64,000 nt of DNA. It comes from an uncultured Planctomycetia bacterium. GTDB taxonomy: Bacteria > Omnitrophota > Gorgyraeia > Duberdicusellales > 4484-171. This document shows, one piece after another, positions 57,937-64,000 of the stretch. Under the pieces are notes generated by a model. That model had not been told where the DNA came from. It did not search any database and was given only the letters and a program-made list of their open reading frames with translations. Both the position numbers and the translations under genes were made by a program. Every line of letters begins with the position of its first letter. Position 1 is the stretch's first letter. The stretch lies in contig CAZAYU010000001.1 of the NCBI GenBank assembly GCA_964489445.1, positions 274,276 through 338,275 of the forward strand, in the 5' to 3' direction.

Positions 57937-59855
57937 TAGATCTTGCTTAAAACTCTCACAGCTAATTTTCTAATATCTTTATTCCAAAAAAAATGATATT
58001 TGCTTAAGGAGCTTAGATATTTTTGTGACTCTTTGAACGGAATTTCTCTTACAATTTGCAAATTCTCTTTTATTATACGACTATTTATTCCGAAATAATT
58101 CTTAATGTCCAACAAAATTTTAGCAGCTTTCATTAACGAATCAGAATCTTTCAACAAAATTACAAGCGCCTGCTTACGTTGAATAAAATTCCCGTTTTTA
58201 ATAACGCTTAGCACAAACTGCTTATCATAAGAAACCAACCGTTGCATTATTTTTAGAACTTCACTTTTTATTAAATCAAACGATTTATTAAAAATATGCT
58301 TAAGGATTCTAATGCTAAGAGGGTACTCAAGAATTTGAACCCCATTAACAATTTTTTTGATTAGAATTACATTCGATAACGATTCATTTAAATAATTATA
58401 AAATTGATTTATATTATTTGGAAAAACATAAAAAAACAAAAACAAAGCATTCGAGTTAAATTCTTCCTCCTCGAATATCATCTTAAGATATTCTTCAGAA
58501 TTAGCACTCCCTGCTTTTACAATATTTGCATAGCGTGTGCTTAAAAACTTCTTCCCTTCATTTAGCATTGCTTTTTCTACAAAATTAGCAACTTTCTCAT
58601 AAGCATACCTGCAAAAACCATCAAGCGAATTATTAGATAACTGCTTTTTTTCAAGTAAATTAATAAACTGTTGAATATAAGAAAACTTATTCTCATCGAT
58701 ATCTTTTTTGATTTCTAGTAAAATACAATCAAGTGTATCCTTAAGTTTTTCTTCATCTTTTTCTAGCATAAATAATTCCAACAAAATAAAACAGTAATTT
58801 TTTTGCAGCCATCCATAATCAAAACTAACATTCTCTTCCGAAGAAATATTTTCAAAAATTTCAAGCAGATTACGTTTATATATTTCCGAAACTTTTTCAC
58901 TTCCAGGTAAAACAAATAATTGTTTAATATTTTTTACAACATCAGGATTATTCATTAGCTTTTCTTCACCGCCTAATTTACTCAATAAAAAAGATGCTAT
59001 ATTGCCATGTTTTTCTTCGCTCACAATCTTTGCAAATAAATCAAGGCTTAGATGGTTAAACTCTTCTTTCCCTTGGAATCTTTCTATTAATACATCAGAA
59101 ATGCCTTTAGCATCTATATTATTGAGAAAATTTCTTAGCCGCATTTCACTTTCTGGTGAAATAGAAATATCACTTTTAAAAATAGATTTAGACAAATCTT
59201 TAGAACTCTCAAAAAACTTATCCCTATCTGAATCTTGAAGATAATTAAAAAACTTAGCAAGCACCATTCTTTTTTGATTATCCTGAGTTAAATCATTGAT
59301 GCTTACCCCCTCCAACATCTTATGAGAAAATTTTGATAACTCATTAATTTTCTGAGCATTACCTTCGGCAAGGCTATCGCTCAACAAACTAACCCAAGCA
59401 TCTTTACACTCCTTCCCTTCACCAGTTAACAATTCTGAATAATCTAAATTTTTAACTATAATATTGGAAACGCCTGCTTTTTCCAAAACAACAGCTAACC
59501 CACCTTTTGTTAAAATATCATTGGGTGGTAGACTTACCTGCTCTAAAAAACTTTGTAGCTCCACAGAAGATACTTCTTTTTTTACTTCAATGCTTTTTAT
59601 TTTACGCAAATGAAAAAAAGTAGCTGTATCTTTATACATTTTTCCTTCTTTCAATGAAAGCTTACCAATGATTAAATAATCTGCTGCAATTTTTATTTCA
59701 AGCACATCAACCGAAGAAAATATTTTATTAATACTCTCTTTCAAACCATCTATTGATTTGGTTACAAGGGGATGATCCTTAAAGTAAACAGAAATATTGG
59801 TAACCGCTGTTTTTAGGTTTTTTAAAAAATCATCATACATATTTTCATTACTCAT
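57936..59855 (-). CDS. Large hypothetical cytoplasmic protein, translationally coupled to the HD-GYP gene
   Basis: 639 aa, alpha-helical, no recognised motif. Its first 150 aa or so loosely resemble the N-terminal domain of the downstream HD-GYP protein. It shares 1 nt with the HD-GYP start. Confidence 0.4.
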   Translation of the reverse strand: MSNENMYDDFLKNLKTAVTNISVYFKDHPLVTKSIDGLKESINKIFSSVDVLEIKIAADYLIIGKLSLKEGKMYKDTATFFHLRKIKSIEVKKEVSSVELQSFLEQVSLPPNDILTKGGLAVVLEKAGVSNIIVKNLDYSELLTGEGKECKDAWVSLLSDSLAEGNAQKINELSKFSHKMLEGVSINDLTQDNQKRMVLAKFFNYLQDSDRDKFFESSKDLSKSIFKSDISISPESEMRLRNFLNNIDAKGISDVLIERFQGKEEFNHLSLDLFAKIVSEEKHGNIASFLLSKLGGEEKLMNNPDVVKNIKQLFVLPGSEKVSEIYKRNLLEIFENISSEENVSFDYGWLQKNYCFILLELFMLEKDEEKLKDTLDCILLEIKKDIDENKFSYIQQFINLLEKKQLSNNSLDGFCRYAYEKVANFVEKAMLNEGKKFLSTRYANIVKAGSANSEEYLKMIFEEEEFNSNALFLFFYVFPNNINQFYNYLNESLSNVILIKKIVNGVQILEYPLSIRILKHIFNKSFDLIKSEVLKIMQRLVSYDKQFVLSVIKNGNFIQRKQALVILLKDSDSLMKAAKILLDIKNYFGINSRIIKENLQIVREIPFKESQKYLSSLSKYHFFWNKDIRKLAVRVLSKI

Positions 59856-59890
59856 CTTAGATTAACCCTAATTAGTTAACAATAGTATTA

Positions 59891-61048
59891 TTAGAAATAC
59901 TCTCTATAAATATTAATAAAACGCTGAATAAAAAACCCGTGTTGTTTATAATCATTCTCCAAAAACCTTGAAACTCCATAACGTAAGCACCCCATAGAAG
60001 ACGAAACAGCAAAAGGCTTAACAGAAATATTACCTGGAAACCCAACATATTCTTTTAAAAATCCAAAAAATCCTTCTTTTGAATTCAAACGACCAATAAA
60101 AGAAACAGAAAAATCATTATTACAAATATTATCTTCTATTTCTTTCGCAAAGTAAACTATCTCTCTTTTTACATACTCCTTGACTACAGAATTTACCACC
60201 TGAATACTTAGATTAATACACCCCGTATCCTCCTTTTTGATGGTAATTTCCTTGTTGTAGGGAATTTCTTTAAAAGAAACGTACCGATTAAACACCTCTT
60301 CGGACAACGAGTATTTTAAGAGAAACCGTCTCCCAATTTCTTCAATTATTTTCTTTATGCCGAAATCAAACTCTTTACCAAAGATAAACTTTCCTTTATC
60401 TACAACAGTAGAATAGCTCTTGCTAAACCCTACGCTTATCATGACTTGCTTGCCGGCCCTCTTCCTAAAAGATGTAGCAAACATGCTTATCCCCGCAGCA
60501 ACAAATCCACCAAAACTTCTATCTAGTGTATAAAAAAGATCTTCCACCTCTTTGTACAACTTATCCTTAACCCACAAAAGATGTGAAGTTAATTTAATTT
60601 TTTTTGCCCATATACCCAAAGGTGGTTTTTCATGCGCTACCGTGTCTATTTCATAATTCATTACAATGTTATGCAAACAAAAATCATCCCAATCTAAAAA
60701 CTTATCTTCAAGATATTTTTTAGCAAACAAAATATCTTTGGGTGTAACAATTTTTCTTCGTTTCAAAATAACAATCTCTTCGACTAATCTTTGTTTGCTT
60801 AAATTCCAAGGTAACTCTACAAACACTTTCAGAATACGACAGGAACAACTTATCTCCACCTCTCTTATCTTTTGGTCGATAACTGCTAAATTATCCTGTA
60901 AGTGGTCAGCAATGCTACTATTGTTTTTGTATGGTAAAGACACTTCCACTATTTTAAAAAAATCCGGATTGGATCTTTTAAGATTAGCAAACGAAAGAAA
61001 TGTTTTATCCTCATCCAAAGCAATAGCGCAAATTCTATTCATCGCCAA
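59891..61048 (-). CDS. Divergent FtsA-like (actin-fold) cell-division protein candidate
   Basis: 385 aa. Sits in the ftsA slot of the dcw cluster (murC-murB-ddl-ftsQ-X). Weak actin-fold phosphate-2-like region (VVDKGKFIFGKEFDFG). Confidence 0.4.
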   Translation of the reverse strand: MAMNRICAIALDEDKTFLSFANLKRSNPDFFKIVEVSLPYKNNSSIADHLQDNLAVIDQKIREVEISCSCRILKVFVELPWNLSKQRLVEEIVILKRRKIVTPKDILFAKKYLEDKFLDWDDFCLHNIVMNYEIDTVAHEKPPLGIWAKKIKLTSHLLWVKDKLYKEVEDLFYTLDRSFGGFVAAGISMFATSFRKRAGKQVMISVGFSKSYSTVVDKGKFIFGKEFDFGIKKIIEEIGRRFLLKYSLSEEVFNRYVSFKEIPYNKEITIKKEDTGCINLSIQVVNSVVKEYVKREIVYFAKEIEDNICNNDFSVSFIGRLNSKEGFFGFLKEYVGFPGNISVKPFAVSSSMGCLRYGVSRFLENDYKQHGFFIQRFINIYREYF

Positions 61049-61839
61049 AAACCTACGTATACTTTTTTATGGCTTAGATCTATGTACTTTACCAAAGATA
61101 TTTTATCTTTAAGCTCGATTTCAATAACTTCCTTTAATAATTCTATTTTCTCTTTAAAATTAACCTTGGAAATAATAACTTTCATATCTTTATCGGAAAA
61201 ATTATCCTGGTTATCCAGCGTTTTATACGCCATGAAAAAAGTAATAACATCTGGTTTAAGCAGGTTTATCAAACGTATACTACATTGATTACAAAATCCA
61301 TTCTCTTTTAAGTCTTCAATTAAATAGAAGGCAAGCTTAAGATTACTATCTTTTGCATCGCTACCCTTTGTAAAAAAATGTTTATATTTATTAACTTCAA
61401 TAGAAATAAGCCCAGGCAACGGGATATCACTACCATCACTCAAAACAACTCCATCCTTATCTATCGGATAAAATTTTTTCTCCTTTATCTGGGCAAACGG
61501 AATACGTTGCTTAGCAGTTATCCTAATCCTAGAAGGAAACTCTTTTAAGACAACTACCTGTCTATACACAGGATATGTTTGTTTAAAATAAGAAATAATT
61601 GCTTTCATGTCCAAGGTAAATAACGATTCTCCTTCTATCCTCTCCCGAAAATCTTTCGTCAACTCAATATCCGAAATAACCCCCCCCTTAGACACCCGAA
61701 AAATACTTGAAGTATACACTAAATATCCTAGTCCAACAAAAACACAAACAACACAAATAAATAGCAACATGTATATAGCTACTTTGAAGTTAAATTTAAA
61801 CCTATTTTTTTTAAACTTTTTGTACTTTTTTCTTTTCAT
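61039..61839 (-). CDS. ftsQ: FtsQ/DivIB-like cell division protein (TM + POTRA)
   Basis: 266 aa. Basic N-terminus, one TM helix, POTRA-like segment. Lies after ddl. Confidence 0.55.
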   Translation of the reverse strand: MKRKKYKKFKKNRFKFNFKVAIYMLLFICVVCVFVGLGYLVYTSSIFRVSKGGVISDIELTKDFRERIEGESLFTLDMKAIISYFKQTYPVYRQVVVLKEFPSRIRITAKQRIPFAQIKEKKFYPIDKDGVVLSDGSDIPLPGLISIEVNKYKHFFTKGSDAKDSNLKLAFYLIEDLKENGFCNQCSIRLINLLKPDVITFFMAYKTLDNQDNFSDKDMKVIISKVNFKEKIELLKEVIEIELKDKISLVKYIDLSHKKVYVGFWR

Positions 61840-62749
61840 ATAAAGCTACTTCTAGCATTTTTAAAACTAAATCATCAAAAGTTAAACCACAAACTCGAGC
61901 CGAGAGAGGTAAAAGACTATGCATCGTCAATCCAGGTATCGAGTTGACTTCCAAGACACAAGGAATATTATCATCACCCAATCGTATATCTACACGAGAG
62001 GAATGCCGACACCCCAACGCTTTATGAGCCCATAAAGCTACTTCTTGTACATGCTTGTAGACAACAGGACTTAGCCCTGCCGGGGCAATAAATTTAGTTT
62101 GAGGATTCTCATACTTTGAGGTAAAATCAAAATAATCTCCTTCAGCTATAATTTCTACAACACCTAATGATTTTTCTTGTAAAATACCCACAGTTAATTC
62201 TCTTCCCTTAATATAGTCCTCAACAATTATTTTATTCTGAAAAGAAAAAGCACTTTTCAATGCTCTCTGCATTTCTACCTTAGAATGCACAATGGAAACC
62301 CCTAAGCTAGAACCAGAAAAGTAAGGTTTAACAACAACCGGATATTGGAAATTTCTTTCAAAACTTTCAGCATTAACGCAAATGCTAAAAGCGGGAGTGC
62401 TAATGCCAGCTTTAAGAAAAACATTCTTAGCCAATATTTTATCCATCGCTAATAAACTTGCCTCAGGTCCTGAACCTGTATAGCAGACCCCCAAGCGTTC
62501 GAAAATACTTTGAATGCCTCCATCCTCTCCAAACTCTCCATGCAAAGCAATAAACGCAATATCAATCTTATATTTTTCTACCAGCTCTTTAACTTTATCT
62601 TCTCTTGATGTAGAAATATCAATTAATACTACCTGTTTTCCTTGGCTCAATAAAGACCGATAGACTTCTTTTGCGGAAATAAGCGAAATACTCCTTTCCT
62701 TAGATACGCCGCCTCCAAAAATGCCTATTTTTATATTGTCTAAATTCAT
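61811..62749 (-). CDS. ddl: D-alanine--D-alanine ligase
   Basis: 312 aa. ATP-grasp with Ddl N-terminus (GGVSKERSISL). Confidence 0.9.
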   Translation of the reverse strand: MNLDNIKIGIFGGGVSKERSISLISAKEVYRSLLSQGKQVVLIDISTSREDKVKELVEKYKIDIAFIALHGEFGEDGGIQSIFERLGVCYTGSGPEASLLAMDKILAKNVFLKAGISTPAFSICVNAESFERNFQYPVVVKPYFSGSSLGVSIVHSKVEMQRALKSAFSFQNKIIVEDYIKGRELTVGILQEKSLGVVEIIAEGDYFDFTSKYENPQTKFIAPAGLSPVVYKHVQEVALWAHKALGCRHSSRVDIRLGDDNIPCVLEVNSIPGLTMHSLLPLSARVCGLTFDDLVLKMLEVALYEKKKVQKV

Positions 62750-62815
62750 ATTTACGTCAGTTTATATTAGCTAAGACATACTAAGCATAAAATATTTTTT
62801 TACCATTTAACAATA

Positions 62816-63676
62816 TTATACCCATCTTTTTACTTCTTCTTTCAAAAAAACAGAATATTTAGAGTACACTCTATCTTTTATTCTTCTAATCAAATACTCA
62901 ACATCACTATAGCAAGCACTACCTTTGTTAACAATAAAATTAGCGTGTTTGACAGAAACTTGAGCCCCCCCTTTTTCTGCTCCCTTTAGACCACAAGAAT
63001 CAATAAGAAGACCTGCCTTATCTCCTTGGGGATTTTTAAAAATAGAACCACAAGAGGGTAAATAACACTCTTGGGAAACAAATCTCTTTTTTAAAATCTT
63101 CCTAACCTTCTCTTTAATATTAGTGCTATTTTTTAGCCCTAATCTGACACTAAGAACGATATAATTTTCCAAGGAAGAAAATCGATAGCTAAATTGTATT
63201 TGCTTTTTTTTTAAGTGCTCAATTTCTCCGTTTTTATTTACCACTTCTACACTTTGGATAAGATCAGAAACATTTGTGCCAAATGCAGAAGCATTCATAG
63301 CTACCAACCCGCCAATTTGAGCAGGAACACCGGATAAATTTTCTAAGCCAGATAAATTATTCCTAATGCAATATTTTACCAGAAAAGATAGAGAAGTTGA
63401 AGCCCCTACATCTAAATACTCCCCTTTTTGAACTAAATAGTTGAATCTCCTTCCTAACGTTATTACAGGCCTTTCAATCAAGCAATCTTTCACTAGAATA
63501 TTAGAACCATTCCCTAAAATATAGAATGAAAACCCAATCTTTCTAACAATAAGGCATGCTTCTTTGCGACTATTTACAACAAGCAGCCTTTTTGCTTTTC
63601 CGCCTATTCTTATGGAAGTAAGATCTTTTAAACCAACGTTTCTTTTAACTGACATTATTTTTAAATAGTTGGACAA
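62816..63676 (-). CDS. murB: UDP-N-acetylenolpyruvoylglucosamine reductase
   Basis: 286 aa. FAD-binding GNGSNIL motif. Confidence 0.88.
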   Translation of the reverse strand: MSNYLKIMSVKRNVGLKDLTSIRIGGKAKRLLVVNSRKEACLIVRKIGFSFYILGNGSNILVKDCLIERPVITLGRRFNYLVQKGEYLDVGASTSLSFLVKYCIRNNLSGLENLSGVPAQIGGLVAMNASAFGTNVSDLIQSVEVVNKNGEIEHLKKKQIQFSYRFSSLENYIVLSVRLGLKNSTNIKEKVRKILKKRFVSQECYLPSCGSIFKNPQGDKAGLLIDSCGLKGAEKGGAQVSVKHANFIVNKGSACYSDVEYLIRRIKDRVYSKYSVFLKEEVKRWV

Positions 63677-64000
63677 CTTTGTCCATCAACAAATTGATAT
63701 CTCCTGCCCCTAATATTAGCACAATATCCCCTTTACGAAAACAAAAAGGAACTATTTTGCATAACTGACGACAAGCAACATATTGAAACTTACCGCCTTT
63801 TTTTACAGCTGTATTACAAAATTCACTCATCTTTATTCCAAATTTGTTTTCTTCGCTAGCGCTGTAGACCTCAGTTATAAAAACTCTATCCGCATCACTG
63901 AAGCAACCTAAAAATTCTTTATACAATAAGCTCATACGAGAAAAACGATGCGGCTGGAAAACAACCAAAAGCCTACGTGGTGCAAGTAAGCGTGCCGCTT
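63645..64000 (-). CDS. murC: UDP-N-acetylmuramate--L-alanine ligase, C-terminal part (5' end beyond the window)
   Basis: The C-terminal Mur-ligase domain (VFQPHRFSR ...) stays in frame to the window edge. Confidence 0.75.
   Translation of the reverse strand, partial: AARLLAPRRLLVVFQPHRFSRMSLLYKEFLGCFSDADRVFITEVYSASEENKFGIKMSEFCNTAVKKGGKFQYVACRQLCKIVPFCFRKGDIVLILGAGDINLLMDKVVQLFKNNVS

Noticed and set aside
1-64000. CRISPR arrays, IS elements, integrases, rRNA genes
   Set aside because: I scanned for regularly spaced direct repeats, transposase/integrase-like ORFs and rRNA-like conserved stretches. None were found. The only repeat of note is the 25-nt tRNA 3' duplication.

Overview
This window is a low-GC chromosomal segment from a diderm (LPS-producing) bacterium. 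Almost all genes are on the minus strand and are tightly packed in operons. I cannot place the lineage from sequence alone. Recognisable content, in order: (1) a serA/class-V aminotransferase pair and tig-clpP. (2) A long LPS/outer-membrane block: lptB, lptC/A-like, kdsC, kdsD, kdsA, kdsB, hldE-kinase, lpxI, lpxA, an lpxC-fabZ fusion, lpxD, skp and bamA. (3) dnaB and a Bacillus-like run of translation genes: rplI, rpsR, ssb, rpsF, pth, rplY, prs, glmU. (4) A roughly 6 kb operon led by a Fur-family regulator. It encodes two NifX/NifB-like cofactor-binding proteins, two MinD/Mrp-type ATPases with inserted 4Fe-4S ferredoxin domains, a CoA-disulfide-reductase-like flavoprotein with an extra CxxC, a CoA-binding protein, two glycine-rich DUF5320-like proteins and SAM methyltransferases. 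This is the most interesting candidate 'system' in the window; I interpret it as a metal/Fe-S/sulfur handling module of unknown function. (5) A radical-SAM/Pif1-helicase/M48-protease operon beside a tRNA-Gln. A truncated duplicate of the tRNA 3' end lies 100 bp downstream. (6) A SpoVG with a zinc-ribbon tail, ispE, a split transketolase, hisG and TPR proteins. (7) An LPS-core/glycolipid glycosyltransferase block: a GT9 heptosyltransferase, a GT2, an LpxL-like acyltransferase and a UgtP/MGDG-synthase-like GT. (8) An HD-GYP phosphodiesterase coupled to a 639-aa unknown protein. (9) The tail of a dcw cluster: murC (partial), murB, ddl, ftsQ-like and a divergent ftsA-like gene. No ftsZ follows the ftsA-like gene. 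No CRISPR arrays, rRNAs, transposases or integrases were found. All calls rest on motif and family recognition plus gene order. No database search was run.
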